From the NCBI GenBank assembly GCA_040900375.1, contig JBBDZC010000008.1:66182-130181 (forward strand): a stretch of DNA of 64,000 nt, given 5' to 3'. Origin of the DNA: Candidatus Anderseniibacteriota bacterium (GTDB lineage Bacteria; Patescibacteriota; Andersenbacteria; UBA10190). Every line of letters starts with the position of its first letter. Position 1 is the first letter of the stretch. A program made the position numbers and the translations under genes. This document shows positions 18,659-27,476 of the stretch, one piece after another. The notes beneath the pieces were generated by a model, which saw only the letters and a program-made list of their open reading frames with translations, made no database searches and was not told the DNA's origin.

Positions 18659-18752
18659 TTGCAATTCTGTCAGGCGGCTGCAGAAATGAGTATAGTATAG
18701 GGAGGCGCTTACTGACCGGAAGCGTCAGTTAATCCTTCGTGGGGCTGCCACT

Positions 18753-20432
18753 ATGCCGCGGAAAAAAGATGAGGAAAAAGAAATCAAGCAAGACATCAAA
18801 GCGCGCATGGTGGTGCTCTCGGGTGAGCAAGAAGAGCGCATCGCGCGCCGCCGGGCCGAGACTTTAAACTTGCCCTACATTAGCCTTCAAACTTTCCCAA
18901 CTGATGCAGATGTTTTGGAACTCATCCCGCGCCACTTAGCCGAACAAGCCCACGCTGTCTTATTCCACAAACAAGGGAAAGATGTCCGGGTGGGGGTAGT
19001 TAACCCCTCCCTACCAGCCTTTGCCAAATTTCGCCAGGCTGTCACCAACACGGTGGGCGTTGAACCCCAGCCCTACGTGATCTCCCATCGCAGCTTACAG
19101 GTAGCCCTCTCCCGCTACCGCCGCGAACAGCGCGTGGAGGTGACTCCCCAAGATGAAATGCGCATTACCAGCGAGAGCCTAAGCGCTTTTACCAAGACTA
19201 TCCGCGATCTCCACACTCTCGGGCAGCATATTACGACACTGCCGCCGACGGAGGTATTGGCGACGGTAGTCTCGGGAGCGGTTAAGCTCGGGGCGTCGGA
19301 TGTGCATATTGAACCAAAAGAAAAAGAAGCCCGCTTGCGCTACCGCATTGATGGGGTGTTGCAAGATATAACCGAGTTTGCATTGCCAGGTTGGCAGTTG
19401 TTGCTCTCGCGCGTCAAGGTGCTGGCGAAGCTCAAGCTCAATGTTCACGAGACGCCCCAAGACGGCAGCTTCGTGCTGCGGGTGGGTGAGGCTACGTATG
19501 ATATGCGCGTATCTATCTTGCCGGGTGACTTTGGCGAGAATATTGTCATGCGTATCTTGAACCGCGCGGCGGAAGCGGTGCGGATTACTGACCTCGGCAT
19601 GAAGGAACGTGACTACGCTGTAGTGTTGCGAGAACTGCGTCGGAGTAACGGCATGATTTTAACTACTGGCCCCACCGGCTCCGGCAAAACGACGAGCCTG
19701 GCGTCATTTTTGCGTGAGGTTAATACTCCCGAGTTGAAAATTATCACGCTGGAAGATCCCATTGAGTACCGTCTGTCTGGAGTGGAGCAGACACAGGTGG
19801 ATACCGATGCTGGCTATACTTTTGCCAAAGGGTTACGGGCGATCTTACGCCAAGACCCCGACGTTATTATGGTGGGGGAGATGCGCGATACCGAAACGGC
19901 GGAGACAGCTATGCACGCCGCGCTCACCGGCCACCTGGTCTTTTCCACGTTGCACACCAATGATGCCCCGGGCGCCATCCCGCGTCTCATTGACATGGGT
20001 ATCAAGCCCTTTATTATTGCGCCGGCCGTCAACCTGGTGATTGCGCAGCGCTTGGTACGCGTTGTCTGCAAAAAATGCGCGAAAAAGTATACGCCGGATC
20101 GCGCCATACGCGAGCAAATTGCGGCGGCGATGGAAGGTGTGCGGCGAGAGATTTTTGATCCGCAGGTGGTGCATGACCCCAAGCTTAAACTTGTGCGGGC
20201 GCAGGGCTGCGATCACTGCGCGCAAACCGGCTACAAGGGTAGGCAAGGTGTTTTTGAAATCTTCACTGTCACCGGGGCCATTGAAGAACTGGTACTTAAA
20301 GGCGCGGACAGCAACGCTATTCGAGACGCCGCGCAGAGAGCCGGCATGACGACGATTGCCCAAGACGCCTATCTGAAAGTGCTCGACGGTATAACTACCG
20401 TAGAAGAAGTAGAGCGGATTTCAGAGGAGTAA
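18753..20432 (+). CDS. Type IV pilus assembly / T2SS ATPase (PilB/GspE family)
   Basis: ASDVHIEP, RYRIDG, TGPTGSGKTT, TLEDPIE, LRQDPD, GEMRD, TGHLV.STLH, two CxxC motifs. Confidence 0.93.
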   Translation: MPRKKDEEKEIKQDIKARMVVLSGEQEERIARRRAETLNLPYISLQTFPTDADVLELIPRHLAEQAHAVLFHKQGKDVRVGVVNPSLPAFAKFRQAVTNTVGVEPQPYVISHRSLQVALSRYRREQRVEVTPQDEMRITSESLSAFTKTIRDLHTLGQHITTLPPTEVLATVVSGAVKLGASDVHIEPKEKEARLRYRIDGVLQDITEFALPGWQLLLSRVKVLAKLKLNVHETPQDGSFVLRVGEATYDMRVSILPGDFGENIVMRILNRAAEAVRITDLGMKERDYAVVLRELRRSNGMILTTGPTGSGKTTSLASFLREVNTPELKIITLEDPIEYRLSGVEQTQVDTDAGYTFAKGLRAILRQDPDVIMVGEMRDTETAETAMHAALTGHLVFSTLHTNDAPGAIPRLIDMGIKPFIIAPAVNLVIAQRLVRVVCKKCAKKYTPDRAIREQIAAAMEGVRREIFDPQVVHDPKLKLVRAQGCDHCAQTGYKGRQGVFEIFTVTGAIEELVLKGADSNAIRDAAQRAGMTTIAQDAYLKVLDGITTVEEVERISEE

Positions 20433-20433
20433 A

Positions 20434-20462
20434 GAAAAATCCGCCGAGATGAATTCGGCGGG
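20434..20462. terminator. Intrinsic terminator hairpin between convergent genes
   Basis: CCGCCGA-gatgaat-TCGGCGG preceded by an A-run (U-tract on the minus strand). Confidence 0.6.
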
Positions 20463-20510
20463 AGGGGTAACTAACTCTTTTCTCATCGCTCGAGGCTGCC
20501 AAACCAGGAT

Positions 20511-20909
20511 TTACTGGCGCGACTTCTCGGGGGACGTTGGAAAGGTAGGGGGATTATCCCGGCTGTATTTTGCCAAGTCTTGGCGTGTATCCAGGTAGGC
20601 CATCACACTGTTGATAGCAACCGCGGGGCCACATAATATGGCCGTGGTGCTCGCCGGGAGATAGTTGATCGTAATATCGTCGAGCGAGATATGTTCCCGC
20701 ATGACGGTGATACGTTCCTCCATCATTGCCCGGCGGGCTTTAAGGACGAGTGAGACACGCGCCCGCACAGCGGCCAGGCCTTCCTTTGTTATTGCCTGGC
20801 TGACTGTGAGATTGCTGGGTGTTGTTTCAGCAAGATGGCCGGGATCAAATATGACCAATAGAGGTATTCGAGCGGTGTTCTGTGGTGTAGCGGGGTCTAG
20901 TAATGACAT
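20511..20909 (-). CDS. Hypothetical protein, weak resemblance to subtilase propeptide/inhibitor I9
   Basis: GGAG SD before ATG 20909, upstream TTGACT-18-TAGGAT, downstream terminator; beta-alpha-beta pattern. Confidence 0.55.
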   Translation of the reverse strand: MSLLDPATPQNTARIPLLVIFDPGHLAETTPSNLTVSQAITKEGLAAVRARVSLVLKARRAMMEERITVMREHISLDDITINYLPASTTAILCGPAVAINSVMAYLDTRQDLAKYSRDNPPTFPTSPEKSRQ

Positions 20910-21022
20910 CGTCAACTCCAGTTTTCTCTAGAGGAGGAGTGTTGGTTAAAAAGAACGTTGACTACAGGTATCCTAGATCATGCGCTATGGCCCAGTCAAA
21001 GATTTTTGCCGCGGCGAGATCT

Positions 21023-22159
21023 TTACGGCAAGATGGCGCGTACTTTATCGAGCGCTTCTTGTTCGGCGTCTTCGAGGGATGTGGCATGGATGCGCACGTG
21101 GAGCAAGCCGTTGTCGCGCTTAGCCTCAAGCTGGGTTTGAATTTCTTGGCGGCGCTGCTGTAAGCCCTTGCCGAGTAGCAGGTACATCATAAAGCCTTCG
21201 CTATTTTCGTGGAGGATAAAGGCGGCGTTAAAGCCGGCGATGTTATTCGCTAGCTCACGCATAGCAGCGGGTACATGCTCCATGGTGGCCCCGCTGTCTT
21301 GAAAGTCCACCGGGCGCAGAATGCTCCAAAATAATTGCATGTGTTCATCAAAGCGCAGACGGGCGTAGAGACGCCCCGCCAATTTAATAAGGTAGAGCGG
21401 CTTGGTTTTAATGAGATGTTGGATTACGGCCTCACGATCGGCCTCGCGTTCCATCAGTTTGGCTGCAATCTGGAATGAACGGGGCGTGGTGGAAGGTTTT
21501 TGGAAGGAGTCAGTGCCGGCCACAATCCCAGCGTAGAGGGCAGTGGCGACTTCGGGGCTAATCTCCTCTCCAAATTTACTAGTAATGAGTTCATACGTGA
21601 CTTCGGCGACAGAGCCGGCAGTGATATCAACAATATTCACTGTGCCGTAGTGTTCGTTGTCAGCGCGGTGGTCAATGTTGATGATCGGGGTGTTGTAGAA
21701 AAAGTCGGTGTGGTCGGTGAAAGTTTTACCCAAGGCCTCGAGGTCGGCCGCGCCTAAGATAATGGCCACGTCGTACGGCAGAGGGCGCACGACCATTTCT
21801 AGTTGATCGCGGGTAATGGTGATACCGGTGGGCAGCGTGAGGTGGAGCCGCAGACCGCCTTGCAGCACCTCTTGGCGAATGGCCTCAATCTTAGTGGGGC
21901 CGGCAATATCCATGATGACGTCAGTTTGCTGGCGCGGCTGCATCTTAATTTGCGAAGAACCAGGTAAAAATTGCAATGGGGGTGGGACGTGCGCAGGACT
22001 GACTGCCTCGACACCGTCTTCTTTATGTGGCTGTAAGGTGAGATAGAGCGCCATCATGGCAGCTAAAGCATCGACCGAGGCGCGCTCCGGCACCATGAGG
22101 AGAATGTGGGCGGAGCGGTCAATGATCGTATGGGCTTGCTTGAGTTCGGGCAAAGCCAT
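21023..22159 (-). CDS. DHH-family (NrnA-like) phosphoesterase homologue with degenerate motifs
   Basis: IINIDHR..N..YG, ATALYAGI...T.SF; canonical HxxPDxD and DHH altered. Confidence 0.8.
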   Translation of the reverse strand: MALPELKQAHTIIDRSAHILLMVPERASVDALAAMMALYLTLQPHKEDGVEAVSPAHVPPPLQFLPGSSQIKMQPRQQTDVIMDIAGPTKIEAIRQEVLQGGLRLHLTLPTGITITRDQLEMVVRPLPYDVAIILGAADLEALGKTFTDHTDFFYNTPIINIDHRADNEHYGTVNIVDITAGSVAEVTYELITSKFGEEISPEVATALYAGIVAGTDSFQKPSTTPRSFQIAAKLMEREADREAVIQHLIKTKPLYLIKLAGRLYARLRFDEHMQLFWSILRPVDFQDSGATMEHVPAAMRELANNIAGFNAAFILHENSEGFMMYLLLGKGLQQRRQEIQTQLEAKRDNGLLHVRIHATSLEDAEQEALDKVRAILP

Positions 22160-22394
22160 GCTACGGTAGTAAAGGCGTGATCATAAGCAAATCTCCCTAT
22201 AGTACTTGGCGGCTGGATTTATGGGAAATGTGGAAATGGGGAAAAGGGGTTGAAAAGTTTGTTGAGGGGTTTGAGGAACATGTCATGAAAGACAAAAATT
22301 ATTGCCCGGCGCGGGAGAATTAGTCAGTCGCCACCGCATATTTTTTTCCGACGACATTTTTGCAAAGATAGGGTGTAAACTCTACGCTTACGTG

Positions 22395-23189
22395 ATGGAG
22401 TTGCTGGACATTGTTATTTTAGGGGTTATTCAAGGCTTAACAGAATTTCTCCCGATCAGTTCTAAGGGCCATCTCTTGGCGGCGCGGCTACTTTTTGGGA
22501 TTGACGATAGTGGCGGCTTGGCCTTTGATGCGTTTTTACATCTGGGTACCTTGGCGGCGGTACTGCTGTACTATCGGCGGGTCTGGTGGGGGATGATGCG
22601 GGGCTTGGTGGTGCGCGATACCGAGGGCCGCGACAAGCGAGAACTCTTAGCCAAGCTCTTGGTAGCAACAGTGCCGGCGGCCGCGGTTGGTTACTGGTTC
22701 GAAGATGTTATTGCAGTGTCGCTGCGCAATGAACATTTCTTAAGCCTGGGGTTTCTTTTTACCGCGCTGGCTCTCTGGCTCTTTGATGACCATAGTCCGG
22801 GATCAACTTTGACTCGACCGCGGGCTAGTTTTAAAGATGCGTTGTTCATCGGTGCGGCCCAAGTATTAGCTCTCCTGCCGGGAGTGTCGCGCTCGGGGAT
22901 GACGATGGCCGCGGGTCGCGCGCGCGGGCTGACTCGCACCCAGGCCGCCACCTTTTCATTTTTGCTGTCAGCGCCGATCATTGCGGGGGCGGGACTGGCA
23001 AGTTTATCGAAGCTTACGCATTTAGTTGATTTTACGCCCCTACAACTAGCGATCGGCTTTGGCGTCTCGTTTTTAAGCGGCTTGGCGGCAATATTTATGC
23101 TGCTTAAAATCGTGGAACGGTATTCTTTTAAACCGTTTGTGGGCTATTTAGTTATTATCGCTCTCGTCGTGATATATGCCTCGAGTTGA
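22395..23189 (+). CDS. uppP: Undecaprenyl-diphosphatase UppP/BacA
   Basis: GVIQGLTEFLPISS.GH, HLGT, PGVSRSG.T, FSFLLS.P. Confidence 0.96.
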   Translation: MELLDIVILGVIQGLTEFLPISSKGHLLAARLLFGIDDSGGLAFDAFLHLGTLAAVLLYYRRVWWGMMRGLVVRDTEGRDKRELLAKLLVATVPAAAVGYWFEDVIAVSLRNEHFLSLGFLFTALALWLFDDHSPGSTLTRPRASFKDALFIGAAQVLALLPGVSRSGMTMAAGRARGLTRTQAATFSFLLSAPIIAGAGLASLSKLTHLVDFTPLQLAIGFGVSFLSGLAAIFMLLKIVERYSFKPFVGYLVIIALVVIYASS

Positions 23190-23637
23190 GGTACCCACCG
23201 TCGCCGCGACAGCGGCGCTGGCCCAGCAGGTCGCCGCCACTTTACCCAGTGGCGCTCTACTCTTACTTAGTGGAGAGATGGGGACGGGCAAGACAGTCTT
23301 TACCCAAAGCTTAGCGGCTGCCCTGGAGATTAAGGAACCGGTCACCTCGCCCACGTTTACTATTGTGGGCGAGTATGCGGTGCCGGCCCACTCGACTATT
23401 ACTACGTTTGTTCATGTGGATCTCTACCGGCTCTCGCCGGAACAGGCGGTGTCCGATCCGCTCGTGGCGGAGCTTGTAGCCTTGTCTCAAGATCCTCGTC
23501 GGGTAACGGTTATTGAATGGGCCGATAAACTAGGGAGTCCGCCCGCGCATGGCTATAAGCTGCAGTTTGCCCACGCGACGACGGGGCGCGTTATTGATTT
23601 GCCGGATAAGCTTCTGTCTTCGCCCACTTATGGTTAA
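23176..23637 (+). CDS. tsaE: t6A biosynthesis ATPase TsaE
   Basis: L.GEMGTGKT, VTSPTF, HVDLYRL, IEW. Confidence 0.95.
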   Translation: MPRVEVPTVAATAALAQQVAATLPSGALLLLSGEMGTGKTVFTQSLAAALEIKEPVTSPTFTIVGEYAVPAHSTITTFVHVDLYRLSPEQAVSDPLVAELVALSQDPRRVTVIEWADKLGSPPAHGYKLQFAHATTGRVIDLPDKLLSSPTYG

Positions 23638-23645
23638 ATAAAGGT

Positions 23646-26369
23646 ATGCCACCGAGAATAAAATTAGCGCTCATTGACGCTCATGCGCTCATTCATCGGG
23701 CTTATCATGCGCTGCCGCCGATGAGTACGAGCGCGGGCGTGCCCACACAGGCTGTCTATGGCTTTACCGCGATGCTGCTCAAGGTGCTAACCACTATTAA
23801 GCCGACCCATGTGGTCGCGGCTTTTGATGTCAAAGGGCCGACGTTTCGCCACCACGCCTTTGCCGATTACAAAGCGCACCGGCCAGCTGCGGCGGATGAC
23901 CTGGTAGTCCAATTTGATTTGGTGCGGCAGCTGGTTCAAGCCTTTAATATTCCCATTATTGAAAAACAAGGTTTTGAGGCTGACGACATTATCGGGACGC
24001 TTGCTCGCGGATTGCCCCCGACTATCAAGAAAATTATTGTCACGGGTGATATGGACGCTCTCCAGCTCGTTAATGAATCAACCAGTGTGTTAACGCTCAA
24101 GCGCGGGGCAACCGATACCGTCATGTATAATCCGGCAGCTGTGCGCGAGCGTTTTGGTTTTGCGCCAACGTTGCTGCCTGATTATAAAGGACTGCGGGGT
24201 GATCCCAGTGATAATATTCCCGGCGTGACCGGCATTGGGGAGAAGACGGCGCAGACTTTGGTGTCGCAGTGGGGCCGCCTCGAAGAAATTTATCAACATT
24301 TTGATGAGCTCTCCCCTGGTGTCCGCAGTAAATTAGAAGCCGGACGGACTATGGCGTGGCAAAGCCGGGAGTTAGCGACCATTCGCTGTGATCTTGAGCT
24401 CGATTTTTCTTTACCGGCCGCGCAGCTTTCTGATTACGATGTCCGCGCTGTAGAGAAGCTCTTTGTGCAGCTCGAATTTCGCAGTTTCCTGCAGCGCCTG
24501 CCGCACAGCACGCGCACTACCCAACCACGAACCTTGTTTGCGAAAGCGGCGGCGGACGCTCCCACCATCACCATGCCGGATCACTATCACCTTGTTGTTG
24601 AGGAAAAAGAGCAAGAGAAACTACGGGCGACGTTAAGCCGGCAGGCGATCATCGCTTTTGACACCGAGACCGATCGCCTGGGCGCACGGCAGTATCCGAT
24701 TGTGGGCATGAGTTTTGCGGCCCGCGAGCGGGGTAAGCTCCAGGCCTGGTACGTGCCGGTCACACCCGTGTCTGTGGCAGCGTGGCGCGACTTACTAGAA
24801 AATCCCCGCGTGGGCAAAGCGGGCCATAATCTTAAGTATGACTACAAAGTTTTGCGCCAGTCGGGGATACGGCTCGCCCCAATTGTTTTTGATTCCATGT
24901 TGGCCAGCTACGTGCTCCATCCTGATGCGCGCCAGCACAACTTAGATTGGCTGGCCGCCCAAGAGTTACAGCACCGGACCATCCCGATTACTGATTTAAT
25001 TGGGCAGGGAAAAAACCAGAAGAATGTCTCCGCAGTACCACTGACTGATCTAGCGACCTATGCGGCCGAAGATGCGGAAGTAGCGTGGCGGCTTTATGAG
25101 GTGTTCTCGCCGCAAATCAAAGAACAAGGCTTGGGACGAGTATTTACGGAACTCGAGCTGCCGCTTATCGCGGTGCTGGCCGAGATGGAATTAGCGGGGG
25201 TGAAGCTCGATAGCATGGTGCTCAAGACTATGGGGAAAAAGGTTCAAGCGCGCCTTACAGCGCTGCGAAAAAAGATTTGGCGGGCGGCGGGGGAAGAGTT
25301 CAATGTCAATTCTACTCAACAGCTGCGGCGTATTCTCTATGAAAAGTTGCTCATCCCGACTGAGCGGGTTACGCGGACGCAGACAGGGCACTCCACGGCG
25401 GCGGCCGAACTCGAAAAATTGCGCGCGCTGCACCCGATTATTGCGTTGTTAGAGGAGTATCGCGAATTAGCGAAGCTGCACAATACGTACATCGAGACAT
25501 TGCCTAAGCTTGTCGATAAAAAAACGCAGCGTCTTTATACTTCGTTCAATCAAGCCGTGGCCGCGACGGGCCGGCTGTCCTCTTCCGACCCGAATTTGCA
25601 GAACATCCCGGCCCGGACCGAGCTGGGCCAAGAAATTCGCGCGGCGTTTGTGGCGGAAGCTGGTTACCAGCTTGTGAAGGCAGACTACTCGCAACTGGAA
25701 CTGCGCTTAGCCGCTCATATTTCCCAGGATGAGAAGATGCTCGAGGCTTTTCGCGCCGGCCAGGATATTCACTCCGCCACCGCCGCCTGGGTATACGGCA
25801 TCCCCCTTACTCAAGTGACGGCGCGCGCGCGGCGCGAAGCCAAGACACTCAACTTTGGCGTGCTCTACGGTATGGGGGCTAAGAAATTTGCACAGACTTC
25901 CGGACTTAGCCTTGAACAAGCCCGCTCTTTTATTGAACGCTACAAGGAACAGTACCGCGGGATAACCCGGCTGATTACGGAGACTGTCGCGGCGGCCCAG
26001 CAGTTGGGATATGTCGAGACGGCCATGGGGCGTCGCCGCTACCTCCCCGAAATCAATGCCCAATCGCCCATGCTCCGCGCGCAAGCCGAGCGCATGGCTT
26101 TTAACTTTCCCATTCAGGGGACAGCGGCGGATATTCTCAAGCAAGCGATGATTACCTTGAGTGCAGTGATTGAGCGCCAGTATCCTACTGTGCGGATGGT
26201 ACTCACTGTCCACGATGAGCTGGTGAGTGAGGTACCCGCGGATATAGTGGCCCAATTTGCCCCCGAGATGCAACGAATAATGGAGCGTGTCGTCACGCTT
26301 GATGTCCCGTTGCTGGTGGATGTGGCGGTCGGTAATAATTGGCGCGACACCAAACTGTTTGCTCCCTAA
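23646..26369 (+). CDS. polA: DNA polymerase I
   Basis: 5'-3' exonuclease (EADD, GD.SDNIPGV.GIG.KTA), 3'-5' domain FDTET, polymerase TGRLSS.DPNLQNIP, DYSQLELR, K..NFG..YG, VHDE. Confidence 0.99.
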   Translation: MPPRIKLALIDAHALIHRAYHALPPMSTSAGVPTQAVYGFTAMLLKVLTTIKPTHVVAAFDVKGPTFRHHAFADYKAHRPAAADDLVVQFDLVRQLVQAFNIPIIEKQGFEADDIIGTLARGLPPTIKKIIVTGDMDALQLVNESTSVLTLKRGATDTVMYNPAAVRERFGFAPTLLPDYKGLRGDPSDNIPGVTGIGEKTAQTLVSQWGRLEEIYQHFDELSPGVRSKLEAGRTMAWQSRELATIRCDLELDFSLPAAQLSDYDVRAVEKLFVQLEFRSFLQRLPHSTRTTQPRTLFAKAAADAPTITMPDHYHLVVEEKEQEKLRATLSRQAIIAFDTETDRLGARQYPIVGMSFAARERGKLQAWYVPVTPVSVAAWRDLLENPRVGKAGHNLKYDYKVLRQSGIRLAPIVFDSMLASYVLHPDARQHNLDWLAAQELQHRTIPITDLIGQGKNQKNVSAVPLTDLATYAAEDAEVAWRLYEVFSPQIKEQGLGRVFTELELPLIAVLAEMELAGVKLDSMVLKTMGKKVQARLTALRKKIWRAAGEEFNVNSTQQLRRILYEKLLIPTERVTRTQTGHSTAAAELEKLRALHPIIALLEEYRELAKLHNTYIETLPKLVDKKTQRLYTSFNQAVAATGRLSSSDPNLQNIPARTELGQEIRAAFVAEAGYQLVKADYSQLELRLAAHISQDEKMLEAFRAGQDIHSATAAWVYGIPLTQVTARARREAKTLNFGVLYGMGAKKFAQTSGLSLEQARSFIERYKEQYRGITRLITETVAAAQQLGYVETAMGRRRYLPEINAQSPMLRAQAERMAFNFPIQGTAADILKQAMITLSAVIERQYPTVRMVLTVHDELVSEVPADIVAQFAPEMQRIMERVVTLDVPLLVDVAVGNNWRDTKLFAP

Positions 26370-26444
26370 CTAAAAACTGACCGGCCGGGAAGTGCCTTGT
26401 CAATTGTCGCTGACGATCTGGGGAAAAATTGTCGCTATCTTTTA

Positions 26445-26473
26445 TTGCGAGTGCCGGCATAAAACCTTATTCT
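26445..26473 (+). promoter_or_regulatory. Sigma70-like promoter of the polysaccharide operon
   Basis: TTGCGA-17 bp-TATTCT. Confidence 0.5.
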
Positions 26474-26519
26474 AATAAGATTTACTACTTAATCCTTTAT
26501 TGTTAACTTGTTCAATTTC

Positions 26520-27461
26520 ATGGCAAAAGATTTACGAGTAGGTATTGTTGGCTCTGGGGTGGTGGGGCAAGCGACCGGTCGAGGGTTTTTAGCGCATGGT
26601 TTTCCGGTCACGTTTATTGATACTAATCTCAACACCGTGCAGCGTTTGCGCCACGAGGGATTGAGCGCGTACACGCCGAGTGAGCGGGCGGATCAAGCAC
26701 CTGAATTTGATGTCACCATTCTCACCGTCCCGACACCCACACAGAATGGGGAAATTAATCTTCAATATCTTGAAGCGGCCGCGGTGGATCTGGGTAGACG
26801 CTTTAAGCACGCGGCTCACTACCACGTTGTTGTTGTGCGCAGTACCGTCGTGCCGGGAACTACCGAGAAGGTGGTTATTAGTACTCTTGAGCAATATTCG
26901 GGTAAGAAAGCCGGTCGTGATTTTGGCGTCTGCATGAATCCGGAATACCTGCGGGAGAAGAAATCGACCGAGGATTTTGCGCATCCGTGGATTGTGGTTA
27001 TTGGTCAGTACGACCAGCGTTCAGGCGATACCGTGGCTGCGCTCTACCGTGACTTTCAATGTCCTGTGTACCGACTGTCACTCCAGGAAGCCGAGACGCA
27101 AAAGTATGTCCACAATCTTTTTAATGCCGTGAAGATTACATTCTTTAATGAATTCCGCCAGATTTGTGAAAAAGCGCGAGTTAGTGCTGATGCGATTTTT
27201 CCACTTGTGGCTCAAAGCGCTGAAGGCATGTTTAACCCGGAGTATGGGATTAGAAACTTCGGGCCGTTTGATGGCATGTGTCTGCCGAAAGACACCCAGG
27301 CTTTTTTGTCATGGGCCCGTGCTCACGGCTGGGATATGCCGCTGTTGGCGCAGGCGATCGCGGTTAATAACGAACTCGTCGCTCGCCAATCGCGGCCCGC
27401 GCCAGCGGTTAGACAAGCAGCTCGTGACATGGTCGTGGCCCCAAGCGCCGCCGCGTTTTAA
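26520..27461 (+). CDS. UDP-glucose/GDP-mannose 6-dehydrogenase family protein (no C-terminal domain)
   Basis: GSGVVG Rossmann, VPTP, RSTV.PGT, NPEYLRE, K...N, catalytic G.CLPKD. Confidence 0.9.
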   Translation: MAKDLRVGIVGSGVVGQATGRGFLAHGFPVTFIDTNLNTVQRLRHEGLSAYTPSERADQAPEFDVTILTVPTPTQNGEINLQYLEAAAVDLGRRFKHAAHYHVVVVRSTVVPGTTEKVVISTLEQYSGKKAGRDFGVCMNPEYLREKKSTEDFAHPWIVVIGQYDQRSGDTVAALYRDFQCPVYRLSLQEAETQKYVHNLFNAVKITFFNEFRQICEKARVSADAIFPLVAQSAEGMFNPEYGIRNFGPFDGMCLPKDTQAFLSWARAHGWDMPLLAQAIAVNNELVARQSRPAPAVRQAARDMVVAPSAAAF

Positions 27462-27476
27462 CCAAGACAGAATGGA

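Noticed and set aside
18711-18731. ACTGAC-CGGAAGC-GTCAGT hairpin resembling the SRP RNA GGAA loop
   Set aside because: Lacks the CAGG/AGCA internal loop and long helix of 4.5S RNA; probably just a pilB leader hairpin
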